Below are positions 44,400 to 57,985 of a DNA stretch of 64,000 bases, in pieces. The position numbers and the translations under genes are program-made. Under the pieces are notes generated by a model, which saw only the letters and a list, made by a program, of their open reading frames with translations, was not told the DNA's origin and searched no databases. Source of the stretch: Eledone cirrhosa (taxonomy: Eukaryota); contig OZ024743.1 of assembly GCA_964016885.1 (NCBI GenBank), forward strand, positions 200,074,001-200,138,000, read 5' to 3'. Positions within the stretch are counted from its first letter, which is position 1; every line of letters begins with the position of its first letter.

Positions 44400-45300
44400 A
44401 TTTTTTGAAAGAAACTGATGTTACGCCGATTATATTTAGTTCACACCATTACAATCAACGTATCAAACATTCATTATCTTCTGATATTTCTGTCCAGATT
44501 TACAGAACATGTTTCAAGTGGGCCCCATTTGAATCCCTGTATTCTTTGAGATACACAGTGAAATTTAGCATAGCGTGCCCCTACTCTGACGTTTTCCTTT
44601 AATTTAGTGATGGTCATGGGTTTGTTGACTGTTACCCTATCCTTCAGGTAGCCCGAAAAAAGACATTTTGTAGGGGCTTGTTTTAGATCAGTCTTCTATC
44701 TGATCACCCGATTTCCAAATTTATTTTTCCACCATTCTCGTGATTCATTGTAGATATGAAGGCTTGCAACGTCTTGCTGGAACCGAATCTTATACATGAA
44801 AGATAGGTAGATGATCTATTGCTCCTTTCTGAAATTTTCTATGACCTTCACATAGCATTCCTTTGTGACTGTAGCAGTGAAACCATTTTCTTTGTAGGAG
44901 AGTGTGCCAAACAACCTTCTCACAGAAATAGCAGTCTAGACAGTACATTTAACCAAATGGTAAGGTTTTACAGCAACTTCCGGGAGTTTCAGTGACACCT
45001 AGAATACAATGCTTTATAGTTGATTTATAGTAAAAGTGGGTTTCATCCACAACAGATTCTGAAGAGTTATGTTTCGGATCTTCTCCAATATTTTCTCAGC
45101 CATAGCCTTTCCGTTTGTCTTATCAGCAACAGTAAGCATTTGTTCAATAGAGATGATTCTTAAAATCCTATTTGACGACGCTTCTACATGTTTCTGCAAA
45201 GAGGCCAGAGGATTGACTTCGAAGTAGCCATTTCTTTCGGCATTGTATTGAGGTTTGACACTATCCCATAGGCAAAAAAATTATGCACCCAGTTTTGTAT
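44400..45300 (-). pseudogene. Possible decayed DNA-transposase fragment
   Basis: Complex sequence with short hAT/Buster-like peptide stretches; no diagnostic motif confirmed. Confidence 0.25.
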
Positions 45301-45487
45301 ATTGGCTTTGAAGTGAGAGTTGCCCGTTCCAAAAGTGCGTGAAATTGATCCTGGACTTGCTTGTATGGGTCACGCTAATAGTGGTGTTTTACATAGAAAA
45401 TCCAGATTTAAAATCTAGACTTCCTAGCAGCCAGAAAATACAGATTTAAAATCTGGCAGCCAGGTCGAACAGCGCCTTGAAATAACT

Positions 45488-48400
45488 ATGCCTGTAAGAA
45501 ACTTGACACCACCAGTACCATCTAAGTCTACCTCGAATGCTGGGGAAAACACTATCGATAATAATAATAATCGAAGAAATTTGACACCAAGTGTACCATC
45601 CGAGTCTACCTCGACTATTGTGGAAAATACTATCGATAATGATAATCAAAAGTATAAACAATTGAAAATTTCCCTCAATGAAATCTTCCAGAGAGAAATT
45701 AACTCATGTATAAATATCTCTCTTGCTGAACGTATTAAAACGACAATGTTGAATAAAAAACCAAATAATGAAATATTACGTGTTATTGACGAAATAGGGG
45801 ATGAATATTTACGACGGATAAAAAACCCAACATTTTGGCAAATCAACGCCTGTTTATATGCCTTAGCAATGACAGTGAAGCATTATCTTGGTGATAGCAG
45901 AGATATTAACAAGAACAAAACACCACCAAAATACCATCATATATAACTAAAATAGAAAAAAAGATTGCTGACCTACGAAAAAACATAAGATATGTGACAA
46001 TGCTCCTTACATGCAAACAAACTCAAAAAAACCTCACTCCTCACCAACAAAGAGTGAAAAATAAAATAGAGACGATGTTTGGTAACAGTAGAATCAGAAC
46101 TCTCCAGTATAAGCTGATCACCCTCAAACAAGAATTGAGAGCTGTTAGCGAAAAACGCCGATACCTGAAGAAGGTAGATGAGAGAAAAGTGCTTAATAAA
46201 AGATTCAGACGAAATCAAACATCAGTCTATAGAGATATGAAGGGCAAAATAATAAGTGTCACTGAGGCCCCATCCCAGAAAGCCATAGATTCCTTTTGGA
46301 GCAAAATATGGGGTGAAAAGAAGAATTTCAACCAAGATGCAGTGTGGCTAATAGAAATCCGAAAGAACTATTGCTCCTACACTACAAAAAATACATACGA
46401 AATAAGTGAGGGTACACTTGAGACTGTGATAGGAAAATTCCAAGATAAGAAAACACCAGGAAGAGACATGATTGTCGGCTACTGGCACAAAAAACTGATA
46501 TTCTATCGGAGGTATCTTACTGACCTCTACCAACAAGTTCTTAAGGGAGATACACTTATACCAGAATGGTTGACATTAGCACAAACATTACTGGTCCCCA
46601 AGAACAAAGACACCCACTTGGCAAAAAACTACCGAGCATTGCATGCCAGAACTTGATGTATAAGATGTATACAGCCTGCCTGAACCTATTCCTCCAAGAT
46701 CACTGTGAAAATAATAACATCATCACAGATGAACAAGCAGCTGGAAAGAAAGGGGTTTGGGGATGTGCTGAACAACTCCTAATCAACAAAACTGTCGGAG
46801 GTGCGACAACTTAGGAGGAATATGACTACAGTCTGGCTGGACTACAGGAAAGCTTTCGATTCTGTTCCCCACTCTTAGATGATAGAGGCCCTCCAACTTG
46901 CTAAAGTCCCAGACATTATTGTCAGAGCCATAGAGAGGCTGTCTTCTTCTTGGGCTACTATCCTAAGACAGAGAGCGAGGACTCTATTTTCACTGATAAA
47001 ATAAAATATTGCAGGGGTATATTTCAGAGGGACAGTCTTTCTGTGATATTATTCATCTTGTCATTAAACCCCTTGTCCTTTCTGCTCAAGAGATGTGAGG
47101 GATACATCATTGGCTCACAGGAGGACAGAAATACGAACCTAACCCATAATTTCTTGTGGACGATCTGAAATTCTATGCCAAGAACATGGATGGGATGAAG
47201 AAAATCTTGATCTGGTTACAACGTTCTCAAAGGATATAGGAATGGAGTTTGACCAAGATAAATGCTCATATATGACTGTAAAGCGGGGAAAAACAACAAC
47301 CCAATCTAGCACCATTGTCATCAATGGCCTAACTGTTTCACCGATATCTGATGAGGACTGCTACAGATACCTGGGGATAGATGAGAACATATCCTATAAT
47401 GGTATCTGTAATAAAGAACGCGTAGCCAAGGAATACTACACCCGATTAAGAAAGATCTGGTCATCGGAACTCTCTGCGCAAAACAAAACAGTGGCTCACA
47501 ATGTGTTTGCTGTGTCTGTCCTATGTTGATGTTGGAACTCGAAAAATACTGAACAACACCGGACACTTCCACATCAACAGTGACATAGACCGCCTTTACT
47601 TGAAACGTAAGCAGGGAGGCAGAGGCCTAACATCAGTCCAGACAACATTTGAATGTCGCATCATATCTCTCCGATATCTACGAACCTCGAAGCGTAAGAG
47701 CCCGCTTCTCGAGCAAGTCTATCTGCATGATACAGATAAGATCATGAGACTTGAGAAGGAACTCCTCGAGAGATATTCCCTGTGTGATAATCAAAAACTC
47801 ACACCCAGGGATGTCGCTCAGCAGTATCGCAGTGAATCCATGGATGAAAAACTGCATGCCTATCAGCAAAAAATCATGCATGGGTATGTTGCCAGGAAGC
47901 TCCAGAGTGAGAGTAATATAGATAAGGAAAGTAGTCTATCTTGGACCAACAACCGCTATATTGGCTCCCACTTTGAAGGATACGCTTTTGCAATCCAGGA
48001 ACAGGAGATTAGCACGAAATACCTGATTCACAAAAGAGATAGGGATGCAGGCAAAACACCTAGATGTGATAACAAGTGCAGACTCTGCAGAACTAACATC
48101 GAGGATATCACCCATGTCATCAGCAGCTGTCCAAAGATGTCATCGCGGTACTATCTACCTATGAGGCATGATGTAGTGGCCAAAACACTGTACAATGCAG
48201 TTCGTGAAAAAGATAGCCCCGATAATAAACACATTAAAAACTACAGCAATGTGGAAGACATTCATGTACTTAATATGAAAGAGTACTGGTGGAATGTTCC
48301 AGTAAAAACCCCAATAAAATGCAGGCATAACAGAACAGATATTATGATATGGGACAGGGCGAAAAAAGCATGCACAGTAGTTGAAATTAGCTGCCCAGCA

Positions 48401-48898
48401 GATGCCAATATAATATCAAAGATTAGTGAAAAGGAGAATATTTATGCAGAACTGATGAGAAATCTGCAGATACTCCACCCTGATTACACCTTCAGATTTA
48501 TGCCTGTGATTATTGGAGCACTGGGATATGTTAGTAACTGCCTCAATACAAATCTTGAGAAGCTAGGCTTCACAGGAACAGAAAGAACACAACTAGTTAG
48601 GAAACTACAAGTACAATCCATTAATGGAACAGTAAAAATATGTAAAACATTCCAAAAATGTTGCATCTAATAACTGCATATACACATGTACAGATACAAA
48701 GCATATACACATGCACACATACAACTCAAAACATACACATCCACACATACAATAACATCCATATCTACACAAGCATGCATACATACATATCTACCTAGTT
48801 GATGTTGTGTAAATTCCAATGAGAGAGTCTTGTGTCTATGTTAGAAACTGACTCTCTCTCTATTGGTAAAACTTTGTGAAATTATAAAACCAGAAGAA
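45488..48898 (+). mobile_element. R4/Dong-clade LINE (RT, CCHC, restriction-like endonuclease), frameshifted, followed by (TACA)n
   Basis: WLDYRKAFDSVPH, RGIFQ.DSLS, CRLC...EDITHVISSC, RHD, HNR.DI...VVEISCP, PVIIGALG. Confidence 0.92.
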
Positions 48899-49118
48899 CA
48901 TACATACATACATACATACATACATACATACATGCATACATACATACATACATACATACATACACACATACACACACATAAATACATACATACATACATA
49001 TACACACACACATACATACATACATACATACATACATACATACATACATACATACATACATACATACATACATACATACATACATACATACATACATAAA
49101 TACATACATACATACATA

Positions 49119-50995
49119 TAGAGAGGCTGTCTTCTTCTTGGGCTACTATCCTAAGGTTAAAGACAGAGAGGGAGGATTCTATTTTCACTGATAAAATAAA
49201 ATATTGCAGGGTTATATTTCAGGGAGACAGTCTCTCTGTGATATTGTTCATCTTGTTATTAACCCCTTGTCCTTTCTGCTCAAGAAATATGATGGTTACA
49301 TCATTGGCTCACAGGAGGACAGAAATACGAATCTAACCCATAACTTCTTTTATGGACGATCTGAAACTCTATGCCAAGAACATGGATGGGATGAAGAAAA
49401 ATCTTGATCTGGTTACAACGTTCTCAAAGGATATAGGAATGGAGTGTGGCCAAGATAAATGCTCATACATGACTGTAAAGCGGGGGAAAACAACAACCCA
49501 ATCTAGCAACGTTGTCATCAATGGCCTAACTGTGTCACCGATATCTGATGAGGACTGCTACAGATGCCTGGGGATAGATGAGAACATATCCTATAATGGT
49601 ATCTGTAATAAAGAACGCGTAACCAGGGAATACTACACCCGATTAAGAAAGATATGGTCATCGGAACTCTCTGCGCAAAACAAAACAATGGCTCACAATG
49701 TGTTTACTATGCCTGTCCTAACACCAACGTTTGGAACACTCAATTGGACGATAGACGAAATCGGAGAAGTTGATGTTGGAACTCGAAAAATACTGAACAA
49801 CACCGGAAACTTCCACATCAACAGTGACATAGACCGCCTTTACTTGAAACGCAAGCAGGGAGGCAGAGGCCTAACATCAGTCCAGACAACATTTGAATGT
49901 CGCATTATATCTCTCCGACAACATCTACAAACCAGAGCGTAGGAGCCCGCTTCTCGAGCAAGTCTATCTGCATGAAACAGATAAGATCATGAGAGTTGGG
50001 AAGGAACTCCTTGAGAGATATTCCCTGTGTGATAATCAAAAACTCACACCCAGGGATGTCGCTCAGCAGTATCGCAGAGAATCCATGGATGAAAAACTGC
50101 ATGCCTATCAGCAAAAAATCATGCATGGATATGTTGCCAGGAAGCTCCAGAGTGAGAGTAATATAGATAAGGAAAGTAGTCTATCTTGGACCAACAACCG
50201 CTATATTGGCTCCCACTTTGAAGGATACGCTTTTGCAATCCAGGAACAGGAGATTAGCACGAAATACCTGATTCACAAAAGAGATAGGAATGCAGGCAAA
50301 ACACCTAGATGTGATAACAAGTGCAGACTCTGCAGAACTAACACCGAGGATATCACCCAAGTCATCAGCATATGGAAGAGTACTGGTGGAATGTTCCAGT
50401 AAAAACCCCAATAAAATGCAGGCATAACAGACCAGATATTATGATATGGGACAGGGAGAAGAAAACATGCACAGTAGTGGAAATTAGCTGCCCAGCAGAT
50501 GCCAATATAATATCAAAGATTAGTGAAAAGGAGGATATTTATGCAGAACTGATGAGAAATCTGCAGATACTCCACCCTGATTACACCTTCAGATTTATGC
50601 CTGTGATTGTTGGAGCACTGGGATATGTTAGTAACTGCCTCAATACAAATCTTGAGAAGCTAGGCTTCACAGGAACAGAAAGAACACAACTAGTTAGGAA
50701 ACTACAAGTACAATCCATTAATGGAACAGTAAAATATGTAAAACATTCCAAAAATGTTGCATCTAATAACTGCATATACACATGTACAGATACAAAGCAT
50801 ATACACATGCACACATACAACTCAAAACATACACATCCACACATACAATAACATCCATATCTACACAAGCATGCATACATACATATCTACCTAGTTGATG
50901 TTGTGTAAATTCCAATGAGAGAGTCTTGTGTCTATGTTAGAAACCGACTCTCTCTCTATTGGTAAAACTTTGTGAAATTATTAAACCAGAAGAAC
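49119..50995 (+). mobile_element. Second, 5'-truncated copy of the same R4/Dong-type LINE, flanked by (TACA)n
   Basis: Direct repeat of about 46930-48898 with different deletions; FMDD motif. Confidence 0.93.
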
Positions 50996-51371
50996 ATACA
51001 TACATACATACATACATACATACATACATACATACATACATACATACATACATACACACACACATACATACGTACATACATACATACATACATACATACA
51101 TACATACATACACACATACACACATACACACACATAAATACATACATACATACACACACACACACATACATACATACATACATACATACATACATACATA
51201 CATACATACATACATACATACATACATACATACATACATACATGTAGTGGTTATCTTGAAGGAGCAGAAGATTATAAAGAATTTGTTTTCGAAACTATCG
51301 CAAGATTGAATCTGAACAATTAATACAAAAAAATTAAATATGAAACGAAAGAATAAAAAATAAATATCATA

Positions 51372-51407
<36 letters not shown>

Positions 51408-51635
51408 TGTATGTATGTATGTATGTATTTTTATTCTTTATATTTATGTGTGTGTGTTAGATTGTGAGTATGTGTGCGTGTATGGGTATATGTATATATG
51501 TATAAGTATATATATATATATATAAATATGTATAAATATATATATATATATATGTATGTATATGTATGTATATATAGATGTGTGTACAAATATAAACTCA
51601 CAGACACACACACCAACAGGCTCACACACATATAT

Positions 51636-51666
<31 letters not shown>

Positions 51667-51808
51667 CAAACATATATATTTGTATGTTATATATAGTTTC
51701 ATAGAGATTTTTATTATGATTACCATTATTATTTTCCTCTTGCATTTTGTATCCTCTCAGTAAACGTAAGCATCTCACACACACAGACACATACATACAC
51801 ACACACAG

Positions 51809-51897
<89 letters not shown>

Positions 51898-51899
<2 letters not shown>

Positions 51900-52074
51900 G
51901 GAAAATGTATAACCCCGACGGCAGAGCTCAAGCCGTTTAGACGGCTATTTCTGGATTAGCCGTCGAAACGGCTTGAGCTCTGCCTTCGGGGTCATACATT
52001 TTTCTATTACCCACTCTACTACCCTAAGTATTGAGTACTCTGATGCGTTGTAGTCCATCCGGTCCCTTACCAAC

Positions 52075-52077
<3 letters not shown>
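51898..52077 (+). mobile_element. Family G fold-back copy
   Basis: Inverted arms around atttctggat; (TA)n on both sides. Confidence 0.85.
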
Positions 52078-52161
<84 letters not shown>

Positions 52162-52164
52162 ATA

Positions 52165-52241
<77 letters not shown>

Positions 52242-52245
52242 ATAT

Positions 52246-52283
<38 letters not shown>

Positions 52284-52298
52284 GTGTATATATATGTG

Positions 52299-52511
<213 letters not shown>

Positions 52512-52851
52512 ATATATATATATATATATATACATATATATATACACAAACACAAAACACGGATACACATATCTCACACATACTCACTTAGACACACACA
52601 CATACACACGTGTGCACTCATATAAAGAAACATATAAATATACAAACATTTTTTAGTTTCTAGCGATTATCTGTAACACCACAGTACATAAACTATTCTG
52701 TAGAGAACGACTGGAAATGATAAAGTACTTCGAACCATTGGGAAGGAACATTGAAACTCTACTCCATTATGAATTCCTTCACTACACTAATCTGTATTAG
52801 GGGTTTATATATATATATATATATACACATAGATATGTATATATATATATA

Positions 52852-52910
<59 letters not shown>

Positions 52911-52936
52911 GTATATATATATGTATATATATATGT

Positions 52937-52968
<32 letters not shown>

Positions 52969-53012
52969 GCACACGCACACACAAACATATATATATATAT
53001 ACATATACACAC

Positions 53013-53064
<52 letters not shown>

Positions 53065-53195
53065 TTGAGTATGTGTGTCTACGCGTGTGTATAGGTGTCT
53101 CTGTGTCTTGATGTTTCTGTTTCTGCGCGTGTGTACTTATGTGTACATGTTTCTCTGTTAGATAATAGATCATTACAGGACATATTTAACTCCCT

Positions 53196-53284
<89 letters not shown>

Positions 53285-53601
53285 TACAGAGTCAGAAACA
53301 CAGCCCTCACTTCCCCCTCACCCTAGTCATTCTACCCCTTTAGCTTACAGCAGCCGAAAGAATGTCGGGTAATTCATACTCACGTTTACTAAAAGGCCAT
53401 GTAAATAGAAGACAACACAACAAATAGGAAAAACAGAAGAACATTCAACCAAAAAATAAACAACAAAACAAAACACCAAAAAGACAAATTGAAACAAGAA
53501 TCAAAACAATTAAGATGTTTGGCTATCTAACCATTTAGGCTAAACGCAAACGAAACATATACACCCGCATTCAAACACGTACAAGTATATATGCATCTAT
53601 A

Positions 53602-53694
<93 letters not shown>

Positions 53695-53715
53695 CTGTGT
53701 GTGTCTGTGTGTGTG

Positions 53716-53790
<75 letters not shown>

Positions 53791-54256
53791 ATATGTATAT
53801 ATATATATATATCAGAAGATATTAATAGATGGTTAAAAAAGTTCCATATATTTTATTATGCGCATTTCAAAAACAAATATCATCCTGGGGCGATATTTGC
53901 GTTCTCATCAGATAAAATAGGGAGGCATGATATGATGCTTAAAAAGCACTTCAGTCCAATAAACTGTCGAGTACTACTTATCCGATATTTGCATTGCTTT
54001 ATTGTTCTACAATAAAACTCACCTCTTACATTATATATATATATATATATTTATAGATACGTATGTATATATATATATATTTATATGTATATGTTAATAT
54101 ATATATATGTGTGTGTGTGTATGTCTGTGTCTGTGTGCGTGTATGTTTGTGTTTGTGTGTGTATTTCTTAGTACAAGAGTCAGTTTCAAATGTGTACTGT
54201 ACTCAAAACAAATTAGTAGAGAATATACAATGCAATTCATAATGTTAAGTTTCTAT

Positions 54257-54320
<64 letters not shown>

Positions 54321-54499
54321 GTAATAAACGAAAGATATATATATATACTTTATATCATCTCTATTTATTTCATTATTTATATTTCGAAGATGTAAAGTTT
54401 TATGTTTAACATAAAGGAAAACACGTCCTCCTCAGACAAAATATATAGAATATGTATAATTTCTTTTTCCTGATATGCTGGTAGACAAACGAACTGGAC

Positions 54500-54571
<72 letters not shown>

Positions 54572-54713
54572 ATGATGATGACTGCCCACTCGTTATCGAG
54601 TATGGCCATTGCACGAGAAAAAAAAACATAAAAACATAAAAACATAAAAACATAAAAACATAATAATAATAATAATAACATCAATAATAATAACGACAAC
54701 AACAACAATAATG

Positions 54714-54753
<40 letters not shown>

Positions 54754-54796
54754 GCACACACATAAACATATCTATACACACACGATAGCAATTAAC

Positions 54797-54839
<43 letters not shown>

Positions 54840-54911
54840 TCCATGACCAACTTAGGAACTTCTTGTTTTATCATACATCATGTATTCATTTTTCTATTAA
54901 CATTACAAGGC

Positions 54912-54994
54912 GTCTGACGAGCCGCGGATTACAGAGTCGGGTCAGATCGATAGAGATCGAACCTTGAGCTGATCAGTGGCGAAACGCGCGTCAC
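54912..54994 (+). ncRNA. Hammerhead motif with long stem II (family F)
   Basis: CTGACGA gccgc...gtggc GAAA cgcgcg TC; stem I is weak (2 bp). Confidence 0.72.
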
Positions 54995-55048
54995 CAACCA
55001 AGAAATAAACGCAATGAAGGAGTAACCAATCGTCCTTGTTATCTTATT

Positions 55049-55347
<299 letters not shown>

Positions 55348-55354
55348 TTATATA

Positions 55355-55396
<42 letters not shown>

Positions 55397-55398
<2 letters not shown>

Positions 55399-55590
55399 GG
55401 AAAAAGTATGACCCCGACGGCTGAGCTCATCCGTTTCGACGCCTAATTCTGAATTCTGTGAATTAGCCGTCGAAACGGCTTAAGCTCTGCCGTCGGGGTC
55501 ATACTTGTACCTATTACCCACTCTACCACGCTAAGTATTGAGTACTTTGGTGCGTTATGGTCCATCTGGTTCCTTACCACATTTCCTTCG

Positions 55591-55592
<2 letters not shown>
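55397..55592 (+). mobile_element. Family G fold-back copy
   Basis: Inverted arms around the stem II loop; (TA)n on both sides. Confidence 0.85.
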
Positions 55593-55660
<68 letters not shown>

Positions 55661-55949
55661 ATATATATATTATATATATATTATATATATATTATATATA
55701 TATTATATATATATTATATATATATATATTATATATATATATATTATATATATATTATATATATATTATATATATATATATTATATATATATTATATATA
55801 TATTATATATATATAATATATATATATAATATATAATATATATATATAATATATAATATATATATATATATGTATATAATATATATATATATAATATATA
55901 TATATATTACTACTATCATTACTATTGTTGTCATTATTATTATTCTTAT

Positions 55950-56136
55950 GGCGGGGGATTGGCAGTATCGGTAGAGGGTCTGACGCTATGCTTTGCAGCA
56001 CAGTTACGTCCCTTTACGGACTGAGTTCAAATCCCGCCGATGTTAACTTTGTCTTTCATCCTTACGGTGCCGATAAAATAAAGTACCAGTAATACACTGG
56101 AATAATTGCTGGCCTTGTACCAAAAGTAGAAACAAT
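55950..56136 (+). mobile_element. Full-length tRNA-derived SINE with (ATT)n tail
   Basis: A and B boxes present; same family as 13926-14111. Confidence 0.92.
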
Positions 56137-56466
56137 TATTATTATTATGAATATTATAAGCGCTATTATTAATACATTCAGTTTATTTAATCACATTACT
56201 TCTATTAATATTATTCTCCTATTATGGTAGCTGGAAAATACCCGGCTATTTTTTCATAGCAAGAATTCGGTCTTCCTGTTTCACTTAAAGAATTAATTGG
56301 ATATTTCATTTGTCGTTACATTGAGGGAGTCTCTTGACAAGCCGATGATCTCACAGCTTGAGTGCACTTCAACTGCACTTTAGCTGCATACCAGTCGGCG
56401 AAACTGCAGCAGTCGATTCTTTGAAGAAAAATTATGTATATCTTGTCAATTTGTTCTTTACAATTA

Positions 56467-56503
<37 letters not shown>

Positions 56504-56518
56504 GGGGGGGGTATGTGT

Positions 56519-56555
<37 letters not shown>

Positions 56556-56639
56556 CCGAAGAGATTGTTTTGGTAAAAACAGGAGCAGCAGGAGAAAGCT
56601 CTCAACATTCGTAGTTTGCAGTTACCATAGAGATTCAGT

Positions 56640-57010
56640 ATAATAATAACATTAATAAAGATGCTGTTGTTACATTAATTGTTTACTCATTATAATTATT
56701 TCAATGGTTCTCCCATGAAATCAAGATGCGAGTCATGCATTTGTTGCTGTTAAGAGAACGGTATCCTCAGATGAAATTCGATTTTGTGTTATTGTACATA
56801 TGTCTGCTGGACGCACGAGCAGGAGGACGTGTTTTTTGTCTTTCTGCTGGCAGCATATCACAAAATCGAATTTCATCTGAGGATACCGTTCTCTTAACAG
56901 CAACAGATGCATGACTCGCATCTTGATTGCATGGGAGAACCGTTGAAATAATTATAATGAATAAATAAGTTATGTAACATCAGCATCTTTATTAATATTG
57001 TTATTATTAT
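56640..57010. mobile_element. Fold-back element, family J (about 150-bp arms), flanked by (TAA)n/(TTA)n, a complete hammerhead in each arm
   Basis: ttcat CTGAGGA tacc-gttctc...gagaac-cgtt GAAA taatta TA atgaa at 56872-56961 (+); mirror copy at 56686-56775 (-). Confidence 0.88.
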
Positions 57011-57012
57011 TA

Positions 57013-57650
57013 TTACAGTTGCATTTATCTTGCTTTATGTTCATACGAGTTATCACCAAGTCACAACCATTGACCTCAAGAGACAACAAGGTCCCCCATG
57101 TTCAAGAAAGTATACACATACACACACATGCCTCTTTAGGTGTTTAGACATGTGATGTACTTATATTGACAGAATCTTCCTTGGTATATGGGCAGTTCCC
57201 ATTAGTACTATCTTTTGTATTTCTCCTATACGCGGGTTTTCCTGGAATTTGCGATAAGTAATCATTAGACCCCTTAGGTATCATACAGAGGCTTTCTTGC
57301 CATTTCTTGCCATTTCTTAGCCAGTTACTGTAGCAGTTCTTTCTTTGCAGTTACTTTTACCTGCTCTGCTTTTTCTGTGTAAATTCTTTCAGCAGTAAAT
57401 CGAACTTCTGAAATTTGTAGTCCATTACTGTATCTTTGTGCATCTTTTGTGTATGGAGTATGATCTTTTGATGCTTTCGTGTTTCAAAACGAGTTTGATC
57501 ATCCAATCATGTGATGCATGGTTAAGAATTTTCTAATTTTTGTATCGAGCCTACGGATCTCTGTGCTTGACCAGTTGATGACATTGTAACTGTAAGTTAC
57601 TACTGGTATGGCAAGCGTGTTTATGGCATCGATACTATTCCTTGCATTCA
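57013..57650 (-). mobile_element. Internally deleted derivative of the Dong-like LINE at 57984-60733
   Basis: Three colinear pieces matching about 57984-58255, 58880-59095 and 59225-59362. Confidence 0.88.
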
Positions 57651-57689
57651 ATTACTATTATTATTATTATTATTATTGTTATTGTTATT

Positions 57690-57942
57690 CCTTGAATCTC
57701 AGTCATTGATGTTGGTTAACTGGAAAGTCCGTTGGATTGAATATCAAGCCACTACCTGCAGCCTCAGATATTCAGGACGTATCGGAGGGTTCTTGCTGTT
57801 CCAAGCAAGCATGCCTTTTGAAGCGTTCCAAAAAGCGTGAAGGGGCCGATTTTCTTTAACCGTCCCTGGAAACCTTTGGAGATAGTCCCCAGTTCGCCTA
57901 TGACAATCGGGATCACTTTGACTTCATGGCAGTTCCAAATCC
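57690..57942 (-). mobile_element. 3' end of a different RLE-type LINE between (TTA)n tracts
   Basis: Minus strand encodes IPIVIG.LG...LQKACLLGTARTLRYVL followed by a stop. Confidence 0.8.
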
Positions 57943-57944
57943 AA

Positions 57945-57983
<39 letters not shown>

Positions 57984-57985
<2 letters not shown>

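Noticed and set aside
57013-57650. Internal deletions as spliced-out introns
   Set aside because: Junctions show short microhomologies (agag, gtgat/tg) rather than GT-AG boundaries.
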